A model generated the notes under the pieces. That model searched no databases. It saw nothing but the letters and a program-made list of their open reading frames with translations, and was not told the origin of the DNA. Position numbers and translations under genes: made by a program. This document shows, in pieces, positions 17,519 to 30,909 of a stretch of DNA of 64,000 nucleotides. Location of the stretch: the NCBI RefSeq assembly GCF_009914755.1, contig NC_060927.1; one strand, 5' to 3'. This stretch comes from the human T2T-CHM13v2.0 reference genome, Homo sapiens. Numbering within the stretch: position 1 is the stretch's first letter; each line of letters begins with the position of its first letter.

Positions 17519-17581
17519 GGTGAGATTGGGGACCCTGGTGGTCCAGGAGAGACTGGGCTGAAGGGAGCTAGAGGCAAAATG
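17519..17581 (+). CDS. COL6A6: Triple-helix exon (GEIGDPGGPGETGLKGARGKM)
   Basis: atttag|GGT...ATG|gtaagc; 63 nt. Confidence 0.92.
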
Positions 17582-18532
17582 GTAAGCTTCTTAGATTCCA
17601 ATTGCTGACAACCTCACTACATTGGGAAGTCCTCCTTTGTGCATTTACAATAATTTGAGTTGTCTTTTGTTACCAGTGACTTGCAAAATGCATGTGTTTT
17701 CTATTAAGGCAAACTTGGGGAAGGGGAATGGATAGTCATCTCTCAATGCCAGTGCAAAAACAATGAACTGTTTGCTTTTAGTGAGCAAGTTCACCTGTTT
17801 TAGCTGCCAGGGTACCATACTTAACACTGGTAATAAGATTTTTTAAAAGAAATCCTTGTGATTCAAAACAGCTTTTACACTGCCAAAATGTAGTTAGTTT
17901 AATCCTGTCTCCCTGGCAGGTTTACTGCAACCTAATGCCCACTGGCATCTTGTCTTCACTATTCAGGTTTTGTTAATCTACTTTTAATGAGATACATGCA
18001 GAAAGGTCTTCTCATTTAGCTCAAGGAGGTTATCTCTTGAGCTTTGTGAGAAAGTTTGCTTACTGTGTAACTGAGTAGGTCTTTATTCTGTAGAGGTTCT
18101 TAGATATTGCCTAGTGCTTTGAGTCACTTGGAATAAACACAGGTCTCCAGTACAATTCATCCTGTAGGCTTGCCTTGGGTTCCTGTGGATTAAGAATGGA
18201 TTTCTTGCATTTGCTGACTCTCTATATATCTTAGACTGTGTATAAGTGAGAATGCTGTTTTAGTTTTTTAAAAGACAGTCCTAAGATAATTGTCTCTTGA
18301 TACAGTGATCATCTTTTTTCTTCAGAACAGCACTGATCAGGCAAACTGGTCTTAATTTATCATGTCAATTAGCAAGAATTTTAAAAGTCTGATAAAAATG
18401 TATACTTGAAATGGTTTTCCAGTTTTGTCTTCATAGCTAATTTTGCTCTGATCTATTTTTGTTTCTACAAACTATACGATCTTTATGTATAGATATTACT
18501 TGTGTAGGTTTTAGGGGTACAAAATAAGGAAA

Positions 18533-18965
18533 CTCCTCTTCTTCTGCCTCTTCCTCCCCTTCCCCCTCCCCTTCCTCCTCCCCTCCCCTCCCCCTCCCCT
18601 TCCTCCTCCCCTCCCCTCCCCCTCCCCTCCCCCTCCCCTTCCTCCTCCCCTCCCCCTCCCCTTCCTCCTCCCCCCCTCCCCTTCCTTCCCTTCCCCTTCC
18701 TCCCCCTCCCCCTCCCCTTCCTCCCCCTTCCTCCCCTCCCCCTCCCCTCCCCTTCCCCCTCCCCCTCCCCTCCCCTTCCCCCTCCCCCTCCCCCTCCCCT
18801 GCCCTTTGTCCCCCTCTCTCTCCCCTTCCTCTCCCTCCCCTTCCTCTCCCTCCCCCTCCTCTCCTTCCCCCTCCCCTTCCTCTCCCTCCCCCTCCCCCTT
18901 CTCTCCCTCCCCCTCCCCCTCCCCTTCTCTCCCTCCCCCTCTCTCCCTCCCCCTCCCCCTCCTCC
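18533..18965. repeat. Polypyrimidine/polypurine low-complexity tract (CCCCT/CCT units)
   Basis: ~430 nt almost entirely C/T on plus. Confidence 0.95.
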
Positions 18966-19706
18966 AATGAGAACTGCTTCCCACCTATAATGCTTGTCCT
19001 CATACATGTTTTTGGATGGCTATCCATTAACATTATGCTCTAAAAAAAAAAGATGAAGACAGATATAATTAGAAAAATAATTGGAAAAGACTTTCAAATT
19101 AATCCAGATGTCATCTGCATTGAACTATCTCTGGATCATTTATTTCCCTTGGCTTATTAATTAAGAAGTTTAACCTTGAACATCAGAAGCACGCTAACAA
19201 GTTCATGGTTGGATCCCTCCCCACAAAGTCACATTATTCATTTTTAAAGACAATAAACGAATGGGAAACATAAACTTTTTCTGTTGGCCTTTGAAAATGT
19301 TTGAAAATTTTTTTTTCTCCATTTTGGACAATTTATCACTGTTCTTAACTTGCTCTTTCCACCCACCCAGCTACTTTTTCCAGCTTTACATTAGTGTTTT
19401 TGGATTTGAAGTTGAAGTTTAGACATTGAAAATATCCAGGTTTTCCCTCTAAAAGAGCTGAAGTTTCTATTGGAAGATTTTGGTAAAACTTCAACTTAAA
19501 TTCTGAATGCTTCGTCAGTTCTCTTTGAATGATTATACTCCTTGTTTAAATTCTCTAAATCTTCACCTTGATTTTTTTTTCCTCAAAAAACATTTTTTAA
19601 ATTTTGCTATGATTTTTAACCTGTTTTATTTTGTGTATATATGTATGTTTGTATGCATTTTGTTTTTCTTTTTCCCACCTTTAAAAGCACGCACATAGTT
19701 TAAAGC

Positions 19707-19946
19707 AGGGTTTCTCCATATCAGCACTGTTGACATTTTGGGCTGGATAAGGCTTTGTTGAGGGGCTGTCCTGTGCCTTGTAGAATGTTTATCCACATCC
19801 TTGGCACCTACCCACTAGATTCCAGCATCAACTACCCTCTGTCCTACCCACACCCCAGGTTATGACAATCAAAAACATCTTCAGACATTGCCATATGTCC
19901 CAGGGAAAAAAAGGAGTCAAAATTCTCCCTTGCTAAGAACCACTGG
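19707..19946. mobile_element. MER20 hAT MITE
   Basis: cagggtttctc...gcactgttgacattttgggctggataa...gaaccactg. Confidence 0.75.
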
Positions 19947-21253
19947 TTTAGAGAGTCAAATAACAAAGTTTGTTATATTAAAAAAAAAAAAATCCTTCAC
20001 CCCCTCACTCACTCCCATTTCCTTCTCCCCAGAAACAACAGCTGTCACTTCTGAACTGATTTGTTTCAGAATTGACAATATGCCTCTAAATATCATACTT
20101 ACCTTCTTACTTTTTTGATTTATAAATTTTAAGCATTATGAACTGATTCCTCCTGCTATAAAAGTTGCTGATGTACCTTTCTTGATTTTCCCTTATCTAA
20201 ATCCTGTCTGAAAACATTTAGATGAGGCAAGTGTTCTCTCCAACTTAATCCCAACGCAGAGCCTTCCAACCTGACCCACCTGATGGAGGTTCGTCTGTGG
20301 CTGGTGCCCAGCTGCCATACTGCAATTGTCCTTCACCTTCACCCTTCCCTTTGCCTCTCTTCTGCGTTGGATCTCTGCTTCTCATTCTTATTCTCAGACT
20401 CCTCTTGTTGGATTTCTCCCTTGTTTCGTGGAAAACTCATCCAGTAGCCTGCTAAGAAGGGGTGAATGAAAGGTATAGTTTTTGAAACAGCTAACATCTG
20501 AAAGGATTTGTAGTACCTTGAGATGTGATTGGATATTTTGGATTGGATATTCCAACAGTTCTGGGTTGGAATTAATTTCTCAGAATTTTGAAGGCTGTCA
20601 TTCCTCCATTATTTCTAACTTCTTTTGTTACTTGGGGAAGCCCAAAGCCATTCTGATTCCTGATGTGGCCAGTGTTCTCTCTCTGGCACCTTATTGCATA
20701 ATTTCTCTGTCTGCAGTGTTTTGATATTTCCTGGGTTTTATGAGTTGATGTCCATTTTTATCCATTTTCCTGGGCATTAGGTAGGTCCTTCATAGGCACT
20801 AGGAGCCTGGAAATATGTGTCCTCCAAAGAAGTGTTGGTCAATTATTTTGATGATTTCTTGCCCTTTATGTTCTCTATTCCCTATTTATAAAATACCTAT
20901 TATTGGGTGTATTAGTATTAATTTTCTTATTTTTTCTGTTCTGTCGTCCAGCTTTTTGTCTTTTTGCTCTACTTTCTGGGAGAGTTCGTTGAGTTTATCT
21001 TACAGTGTTTCATACTTGAATTTTCAAGAGCTTGTTATTGTTCTCTGAATGTTCCTTTTTATAGCATACTGTTTTTGTTTCATGATTAAAATATCTTACC
21101 TTTCTGAAAATATAAATATTTTTGTCTTTTTTGCCCAACATAGTCTGTTTCCTGCATTTTATTTTCCTTTCTGTTTTGAACTCTATTACTCAGATTTTTC
21201 AGGAATGAGCTATTTCTTCATATTTAAGAATTGAAGACAAAAAGACTGATTGG

Positions 21254-21552
21254 GGTCAGGTGCGGTGGCTCACGCCTATCATCCCAGCACTCTGGGAGGC
21301 CTAAGCAGGCAGATTGCTTCAGCCCAGCAGTTTGAGACCAGCCTGAGCAACATGGCCAAACCCCATCTCTACAAAAAATACAAAAATTAGCCACGCGTGG
21401 TGGCATGTACCTGTAGCCCCAGCTACCAGGGGGCTGAGGTGTGAGGATCACCTGAGCCCAGAAAGTCTTGGCTGCATTGAGCTAAGATTGCACTACTGCA
21501 TTCGAGCCTGGGTGAGACTGAGATCCTGTCTCAAAAAAAAAAAAAAAAAAAA
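21254..21552 (+). mobile_element. AluJ
   Basis: Full dimer with J features (gagccca); TSD gactgattgg. Confidence 0.88.
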
Positions 21553-22855
21553 ATGACTGATTGGAAGCTCTGAGAACATGAGTGGGGCTTGTCAACTACC
21601 GGTTTCCCAAAGAGAGTGATCTAGCTAAATTCTTTGTTTAGCAAACCTCTGAAATCAATATCTTTTGGTCTTTCTTCTTTGTCTAGTGAAGTTCTCCTGA
21701 AAAAACTTCTTACAGTTTCCTACCTGGAGAGTAAAGGTCTGGCTGCCAGCTTTCTAGGAGCCATATAGAAAAAGAGAGCTGGAGACTCACACATTTACTG
21801 TACATACCCTCATTTACTCTCCCTGTCTCAGATACTGTAGGTTCTCAACTCAGCCTGGAGTCCCACCTTGGTTTTACCTCTCTTTGTTGCTAGGGTGGGA
21901 AAAGGGACATTCACCCAACCCTTGAGAATAGAGAGGAGATTTGGAGATTCCTAAAATGATTTTCAACTAAACATCTTTACTTCACCTTTTTCCCTCACCT
22001 CCACTTCTGGAGGTTCCCGGTGCTGCCAAATCCTCAGCCTTCTGGGACGTATGATATAAAACACATTGGTTCTTGGCTTTCCCTGCTGCTGGCTTAGGAT
22101 TCAACTTTCTCAGGTCTGTTCAGTCATTTAACACTTACACATTTGCTTTCCAGATTCACATTTTATGGCTGTCATCTCCTTTTTCATTCTCCCCACCATT
22201 GTTTTTTGCCTTTAAAATAATCTACTTACTGTCATTTTAGTAAGATATTGGAAAGGAATGAAAGTAAATATATGTACTCAATCTGCTATTTTCTCCTTGG
22301 AGGTTAACCTTTATCTTCTAAATAAAAATATTTTATTTTTCACTCAACCAAGCACACTGTCAATATCATTGGAATGCCCAAAGGATATCAATCATTATTT
22401 ACTGTTTTATAGGTAATGCTTTTACAAATTAAGTTGATTTTAAACTTCATTTTTTATTCCTGTAAATGTTGTAAATCCTGTGGCATTTTGAATGAAGAAA
22501 GAAATATTCCAATTTTTAAACTAAGTCCTAGCTTTATGATAAACTTATTGTTGAATGCACGTGAAAATATTTCTGACATCTAGTAAGCAGATAACAACTG
22601 TTTTTGTTGCTGTTATTCCCCATTTCATTACAATATTTCCAAATAATGATTGTGTTTCTGTTGTTTTAAAAGTTTTTGTATTTCAATTTTGTTTTTCTAG
22701 ACTTTTTGCTTTTTGTTTTTTCAGTTTAGTTACCTACCACTCCATTTAGATAAAAAGTTTTCCTTTGACCAGCAATTCTAGTCCTAGCAATCTTCCCTAA
22801 GGAAATAATCAGAATTATGCATATAACTTTATAATAGCATTGCCTTATAATAGCA

Positions 22856-23004
22856 TCACCTAATAGTGAAATCAATCACTTGAGAGTCACACGGAACTTT
22901 TTAAAAGATGATTATTAATGCCTGACAGTAACTGACAGAATTGAATTCACCTGGTATGGAAGAAGCAGCTGTGATAATAGGGTGTCCTGGTGGGTGGGGG
23001 TCCT
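22856..23004 (+). repeat. 149-bp direct duplication, copy 1 (copy 2 at 25127-25275)
   Basis: Hand alignment gives 5 mismatches, no gaps. Confidence 0.92.
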
Positions 23005-23494
23005 ATTACCTGTTGCCTATTGCAGCAACAAACAGTAAGGGACTAACTAAATTATCTATTGCCTGTTACAACAACAAACAGTAAGGGACTAACTAAATCA
23101 TGGTACAACCATGTGATGGGATACTATGCAGCTGTGAAAAATGATTTTGCCAAATAATGTTTACTAACTGAAAATGTCCAGAGATATATTTAGTTTAAAA
23201 GGTAACAGAGAAAAGTATGATTCAAATGAGTTTTAAAAAGGAATATATGTCTTAATTCCAAAAAAAATAAGAAAAGACATCAAAATGTTAATGAGGATTA
23301 TTTGGGGAAGAAGGGATTGCTGGGAATATTTTTTCCTTCTTTATGTTTTTTGGAAAACTCTCAATTTTCTAAAATAAAAGTGAAATTTTCACTTTTGAAT
23401 TTTCACCTTTGAATTTTAATTTTTTAAAATTTGAATTTACACACACACATACATATATGTATAAATACAATTTTAAAATAAATTCTCCTTTGAG

Positions 23495-23557
23495 ATATCT
23501 GCTGGGCTTCCAGGAGAGATGGGATCCCCTGGGGAACCAGGACCTCCTGGACGTAAG
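23495..23557 (+). CDS. COL6A6: Triple-helix exon (ISAGLPGEMGSPGEPGPPGRK)
   Basis: tcctttgag|ATA...AAG|gtaagt; 63 nt like neighbouring exons; rare GAG acceptor. Confidence 0.85.
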
Positions 23558-24082
23558 GTAAGTAGAAAAACTATAAACCACAGCAGGTCCTTTTCCATTA
23601 AAAAAAAAAAAGTCAGTGCATGAAATCTTCATTGTCCAAATGTGCATGCCTTCTGTCTCTGCTTCTTGGCCACTTTTTTCCCACCTTTATGGGGGAGAAA
23701 ATACTGATTAAATATTTAGAGGTGAAAAAATACTGATTAAATACATCTCTTGAGAGAGAGGGGAAATTGAAGGAGGAAACCAAAAGTACTTAAACTAAAA
23801 TGGTATTTCTCAATTATCATATTCTGTATCTGTTCAATCTTTCTATATGTAATAAATGATCATTGGATGAATGGAAGTGAAAGGAAATAAATAGTGACTG
23901 TGATCAATGTTGCATTCACATGGAACTTATTTGCTTCAGGAGGTCAGGGGGGGCTCTGTTGCATTTTTTTCTTGGGTGTCTCTCTTTGAAAGAAGCCAGA
24001 CTCCTCTTCTTCTGAAGATGGGATTGAACACATAAGATTAAAACCAGTTCCATTTGTTCTTCTATCCCAAACTCTGACAAAT

Positions 24083-24086
<4 letters not shown>

Positions 24087-24127
<41 letters not shown>
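24087..24127. repeat. (TG)20 microsatellite
   Basis: Perfect dinucleotide run. Confidence 0.95.
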
Positions 24128-24129
<2 letters not shown>

Positions 24130-24672
24130 TTTTTGTTTTGGGAAGGTAGTTGAGATAACCTTTCCAGATGTTCAATTGAGTCCGATCATTTTGTCAGCTA
24201 ACAAATGATGGGAACAGATTAAGGTTCAGCTCTGGCTGCTGTTCAGTGGCTCAGTCAAAGAATGGGGGTTGAAGACCTTGAAACTTCTGCTATGAAAGAG
24301 GGCAACTGCACATGTGTGGCTCACTTTAGCTAGTCCTGAGGCGTAGGCGTGCTCCAGAGCTCTGCGGCAAGTGTCAGGTTGTCAGCTCCATCCTGGTAAT
24401 TCTGGACAATGCTTGTTAGCCAGAGATGGACCCGGAGGAAAGCGGCCTCTCAAGGCTTGTGTGCACCAAGCTTGCTGCTTAAAGTTTGTTCTTTCCAGAA
24501 TGTTACTGTTAATTAGGTAATGAGTACCTACCTGCATTCTTTTTTGCCTCTTACAATTTAATGAGAATAAAACTTTTAAAAGTTATCACTTTCTGAGGGC
24601 AATGTTGGTGCACACTGGCTACTGATGTGTATGTCTAGAGGCATTAAAACAATGTTTTGTTTGTTTTCCTAG

Positions 24673-24708
24673 GGTGTGAAAGGAGCCAAAGGCTTGGCTT
24701 CATTTTCT
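24673..24708 (+). CDS. COL6A6: End of triple helix (GVKGAKGLASFS)
   Basis: tcctag|GGT...TCT|gtacgt; 36 nt. Confidence 0.88.
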
Positions 24709-24827
24709 GTACGTATCTCCCGACTACAACAGAGTGCTCTGAGTGCTCCATTCAATTTACTTATTTTTAAACCTCAGGGCCTAGCAGTTTGTTGTTTAAT
24801 TGTTTCTGTTTTATTTTCGAACTGCAG

Positions 24828-24864
24828 ACATGTGAGCTCATTCAGTATGTGCGAGACCGCAGTC
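24828..24864 (+). CDS. COL6A6: Post-helix linker exon (TCELIQYVRDRS)
   Basis: ctgcag|ACA...AGT C|gtaagt; Cys-containing linker typical of collagen VI; ends in phase 1. Confidence 0.88.
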
Positions 24865-26115
24865 GTAAGTACCCTGCTTAAAATGATCACCCAAGTTGTC
24901 AGCATTCATACAAGAAAAGCAGAGAAACCTACACTCAGAATTGAATTCACCAGCCAATTTCTTAAAATTGGAGATGTCACTGCATGTATTTTTGAGTCAG
25001 CATAGACTGGTGACTTTTAACTCCCTCTCTGGTTGCTATCATGTCTATTGAAACCCATGTCAAGCAGTAAGAAATAATCTATTGAGTGCTTTTAATCTAA
25101 AGAAAATTGAGATTTGATGTCTGAATTCACCTAATAGTGAAATCAATCACTTGAGAGTCACACGGAACTTTTTAAAAGATGATTATTAATGCCTGACAGT
25201 AACTGACAGAATTGAATTCACCTGGCATGAAAGAAGCAGCCGTGATAATAGGGTGTCCTGGTGGGTGCGAGTCCTGACTTTGGTTTATTGTTTGTTATTC
25301 CTTTCCCGGGAAGATATGTTTGATTATTTTTTGTTGGACTGATTGATTTGCTTTAAAAATTCATAGTAATACTCATTCTGCCAATATTTTTTCTTTCTCA
25401 AAATTTTAAAATCAAAATGACATTTTGATTTGGCAAATGCTGATTAGAATTTGTTTTAAACCTTTCTAACAGCTTGTTCTATCAAAATATGTGTTGATAC
25501 CATCAAAAAAAATTTCATGTGCAAGATTAGGAGAGAGTTGACTCTTCAGTGTTCATCTACAAATGCATAATGACTTTCCAAATAACAATATGACAGAAAA
25601 GAGGAGCCAAAAGTTTCCTCCAGATATTTTGGGGGAAGAAAAATAAATTAGAGCCTATTTCAGTAGAGAACATTGGTCTCAAAGACAGACATTTAAAAAC
25701 TTTGAATGCAGTGTCTATTGGAACTCTGTCTTTTTGTAGCAGAATAGAACCATGATGGGAATCAAAACACATGTATACATTGAGTCATGAAGATGGGTTG
25801 TTTTGGGGCTCAGTTAGTGCGGTGGGTTTTATGACATAGGAACCATGTAAATTGTAATGACTCAAGGGCAAATCCAAGTATATTGAGACCTGATATTTTA
25901 AAATTTAAGGGACTCCATAAAAAATCGCAAATCTAAAAGTGGGTGCAAAGGTATTTCAAAAGTAAGTGTTATTTAGAACAAAAAAGAAATCATAACCATT
26001 AACTTTTGCATATTTTATTTTATAAGAGTATGTGATTGTGCGAACAACATGGCTAGGGTTCCTGCCAGGAAAGGCATTGCAAGGGGGGACCCCTGCAAGA
26101 GAGAAGTCTAAAGCA

Positions 26116-26305
26116 GCATTGTCCAATAGAAGTTTCTGCAGTGATGGAAGTGTTCCCTGTGATGTCCAGTACAGTAGCCACAAGACACATGTGGCTTTGA
26201 GCATTTCAAATGTGGCTAGTGCAACTGAGAAGCTGAATTTTTATTTAATTCTAATTAATTTTAATAGCTGCATGTGGCTTGTGGCTGCCATGTTGAACAG
26301 TACAG
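26116..26305. mobile_element. MER3-like MITE (another at ~56030-56205)
   Basis: cagcattgtccaatagaa...gtagccac...catgtggct. Confidence 0.6.
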
Positions 26306-26831
26306 GTCTAAAGCAAGTGTTCATTTAATTCAGAGTAACTCCACCTCTGATACTTACATAACATATAAATATGCATATAATATACATATAGTATACACAT
26401 ATATACTATACAAAGATATAGATACATTTGTGTGTATGTGTGTACATATATATAAATGATAGTTATAGATATCTACATGGGAAAAATTTAGAGTAAAGAG
26501 AGGTTGGATCTTTCAGCTTTCCAAATTCAGCGCACCTCCCTGCAATGTCATTTTCCCTCCCAGGCAAAAAGTCTTTGTTTCTTGACAGCTGGCTGCAGGC
26601 CGCTGATTTATGGCTGTATGTTGTCCCATTTCTCACATCCTCTTCCCTTTGGAAAGAATAGTGCTTTTACCAAGATGTTAGACTCTGTCTGCATTTTCTC
26701 CAAACTCTGTTGCCTTGATTTTTGAGTCATCTACAAAAAGCAGACAGGATAGAACCTTTCTTTCCTGCACGATACAGAACTCTCTTCTCCTACCAAATAA
26801 TAATCCAATCTCCTTTGTTCTTCTTCCCCAG

Positions 26832-26843
26832 CTGGCAGGCATG
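26832..26843 (+). CDS. COL6A6: 12-nt microexon (P-G-R-H-G across junctions)
   Basis: long pyrimidine tract ttcttccccag|CTGGCAGGCATG|gtgagt; phase 1/1 matches flanking exons. Confidence 0.8.
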
Positions 26844-27150
26844 GTGAGTAATCTTTATTTACAGCATGCTTTAATCAAGCTCTAAAATGTCATACATCTG
26901 GAAAGATGAGTTAGAGCAATGTATTGGCTTCCAAATGACACAAATTTTATCTGGGCTTTCTTTGCTGCTGCCTCATACTGGTAGCAGAGTCTTGCCTCCA
27001 ATAAATCACTCAGCTGTAGCTGAGCTTCACAGCTATTTCTCAACCAAGCGATTTGCTTTTTTATTAATAAAAAATCATTAAGATATTAATATCTTAATGA
27101 CTAACATCACCATTCACCTTGCTTTTAAAGGTTTTAAAAATATGTTGGGG

Positions 27151-27494
<344 letters not shown>

Positions 27495-27940
27495 TAAGAT
27501 GCAGAAGGCAGAATAAAAGTGGGGATGATCAGATAGCAAGTAAGTGGAATGTGCAACTCAGATAATGCCAGAATCCATGGAGCTCATGCCTAATGTTAAT
27601 TATCAAGTTGGCTTCATATTTTTCAGTGCTAGTTTTCAGGTATCTTACAAATGCTTCTTACATGATGTTTTTCTGTAAACTTATCACCCTCTTATACATT
27701 TATACACTTTTACCTTTTGTATAAGCCCACAAACCCATGTCCTCTGATTGCTTATCCATGCATTTAAGAATATTTGTTGAAAGCCTAGTAAGTGCCAGTA
27801 TGTGTAGTAGGCATTAGGGATACAGAGTTGAATAATGAATCTGCTTCCTGTGCTCAGAAACTTCCATTCTTATGGAGGATCCAGATCACAAACAAATAAA
27901 CAAAGGGAAGCCCAGCACATTAGGTGCTATTTGAAAGAGA

Positions 27941-28004
27941 TAACCTGCACATTGTGCACATGTGCCCTAAAACTTAAAGTATAATAATAATAAAATAAAA
28001 AATA
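27941..28004 (+). mobile_element. Extremely 5'-truncated L1PA 3' end with TSD GAAAGAGATAA
   Basis: TAACCTGCACATTGTGCACATG.CCCTAAAACTTAAAGTATAATAA plus A-rich tail; TSD at 27933-27943 and 28005-28015. Confidence 0.88.
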
Positions 28005-28098
28005 GAAAGAGATAAAGCATAGGATGCTGTGTCCTGGGATAATGTAAGGGGGGGAGATGTTTTTGGACAGAGGGCTCTTTTTGGGGGCAGTGAAATTA

Positions 28099-28656
<558 letters not shown>

Positions 28657-29558
28657 TTAAAGAGTATGTTGAAAGTATGTAGGGGAGGAGCATGATCTGA
28701 TTTTAAAATATTACTTGGGCTGCTATGGGGAGAGTGGATTGTGGCAAGGGTGAAGGGTAGGAAATGTCAAAGCCAAAGGCCTAGTTTAGAGAGGACTGTA
28801 GTATTCAGGCAAATATGGTGGCGACCTGGATAAGGACCATCAGTGTTGTGTTTAGGTTACATGGCAGTGGTTTGGGCTGATCCTTGCCTCCCTGTTCTTT
28901 TTTTCACCTCCTCTGTGGCAAGTAGCAGTCCTCAGTACATAGTGTGAGGTCACAGAGCCATGTTAGTTGGGGAACCGCACATGGCAATCCTTCCCTTTTT
29001 GAGGAGGGCCTCCTAGGTACCACTGCCATCCAGCCTAGGCTTCTTCAGAATCCTTGGGATTCCTGGCAGCTTGCTTGGTTTTTAGGGCTTGTGTTTTGGA
29101 AGCTGAATTAGTCCTTAGGTTTTTCCCCTAAAAAAACTTGAATTTTTTTTTCATATCTTCAGCCAGTGCTGTGAACCTTCACCCACCCTTCTCTCTAAAT
29201 TGTATCTGAAGCATTTTTGTTGTTGTTTCCATGTGCAAATAACCACCCCCCAAAAAATCAGAAGAATCACTTTCATGTTTAGTTCTACTGACTTTTTTAA
29301 ACGATAAAAGTGACACGTCCATTTATAAAAATCTGTTCAGCCCAGTAATTTAGACTTAGAGACTAATACATGATTTCCTGTCTCCATCGAGATGAACAGT
29401 TTGATTTGGGTTTGAACATTTATTCTCACTGGTACTTCTTTTGCCTTTGAAGGACATGGAGTCAAGGACGGGAGGAGGTCATAGTTTAGCACTAAGGTGG
29501 GCAAGGCCCAGTTGGCCCATGGCAGAGGGATGTCTCCTTGCCAGCCTACGTGAGCCCC

Positions 29559-29923
29559 AGCAAGTCTGAGTTCCTGAGCTTGTTGTAAAGCAAGATGGTC
29601 TTTGCTGTGTTTATTATCTCTGAATCTGACTTGCTGATATCTGAATGAGAGGAGGCACCTCTCCAAGAGAAACACATCACTGGGGTGTCCTTTTACCAAC
29701 CAAATCCCAGCACTAGGCATCTCACGTATTATTAAACTTTTGTTATTTCTATACCTGTTGCAAAGAACTGCTCTTTGTTGAGCTCTTTTTCATTCATTCA
29801 GCATTTGTTAGATATCTGATATATGGCAGGGACTAATAACTTAGAAGGTCAGCAGATCCTCTTCCTATCCATGCATCATAAACTAGGATAAATGAACATT
29901 AATCAGATAATCAAAAATAAGTT
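29559..29923. repeat. ~360-bp inverted duplication, arm 1 (arm 2 at 33912-34270)
   Basis: Reverse-complement match; also visible as near-identical spurious ORFs 29337-29720(-) and 34103-34369(+). Confidence 0.9.
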
Positions 29924-30909
29924 ATCAACTGTGACAAGTGCAAAGTACCGAAATTAGAATGATTTGGAACCAATGAGTATGGATGCATAAATATGCAATT
30001 AACACTTACAGTAGAGTTTACCAACCATAATCAGTTTCTCTAAGTAATAAGGCATATTTATTGAGTAAACTTGCATTTGTAACTGTTAAACAAAAATGTA
30101 TCTGTTAAAGCTTTCCTCAGTCTCCTTTTAGTGATGTATTTCTCACAATGAAAAAGTCTGGAATGATAATTATAACAGCAATGGTTGACATTTATTGAGC
30201 ACCTACTATGTGCCAGGTTCTGTTATTCTAAGTACTTTACCTGTGCTGATTCATTTAATGCTCACCTCAGGCCTATGTAGCAGGTGATGTTATGACTCAC
30301 ATTTTACAGATGAAGAAACTGAGGCACAGACAGGATGAGTAATTCAGACAGGGTCACATGGCTGGTTAGTGATTGGGCCAGGGCGCTAAACTCTACCCTG
30401 TATTGCCTACTCTCTTTGCGTCTCATTCTTTGCTCTGTAAATTATGTCAGTTTTCTTCCAATTTTTCTAAAATTATCAGAGCTTTCACAGCCTTTCCTTT
30501 TTAACTCTTATTACATTTCCTTATTAAGTAAAAAAAGAAATGTGTTTAACTGAGTGAAGTTCCAGCAACAAAACTTGATACTTTTGATCGAGTCTCTGCA
30601 GGTGAAGGGTATTTCCAGGAGCTCTCTATTGTTTAGAAGGAATTTGATAATGAACTTTAACATTTCATATAAAATAAAACTGAATTCCAGATGTTTTCCT
30701 TTTGTGCTTGATTCAAAAGAGCAGACTCAGCTTTTGGAATAACATCTATAATTATTCAAGATTTAAATATATTTTACATGTTTGTTTTAATACTTAAATT
30801 ATTCTCTTTAAGTATTTGAATGCTTAACATTTAAAATTACTTTGCCTTCTATGTATCTTTTTTTTTTTTTAAATAAGGATGCTATGTGTTAAGGGATATG
30901 GTCTTTTAG

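Noticed and set aside
18437-19033. Gly/Glu/Arg-rich minus-strand ORFs resembling RPGR ORF15 or RGG proteins
   Set aside because: All three frames are open only because the purine tract lacks T, so no stops occur; no splice or coding context.
23026-23098. Spaced 27-bp direct repeats resembling a mini-CRISPR
   Set aside because: Only two copies in mammalian intronic DNA; better explained as a junction duplication.
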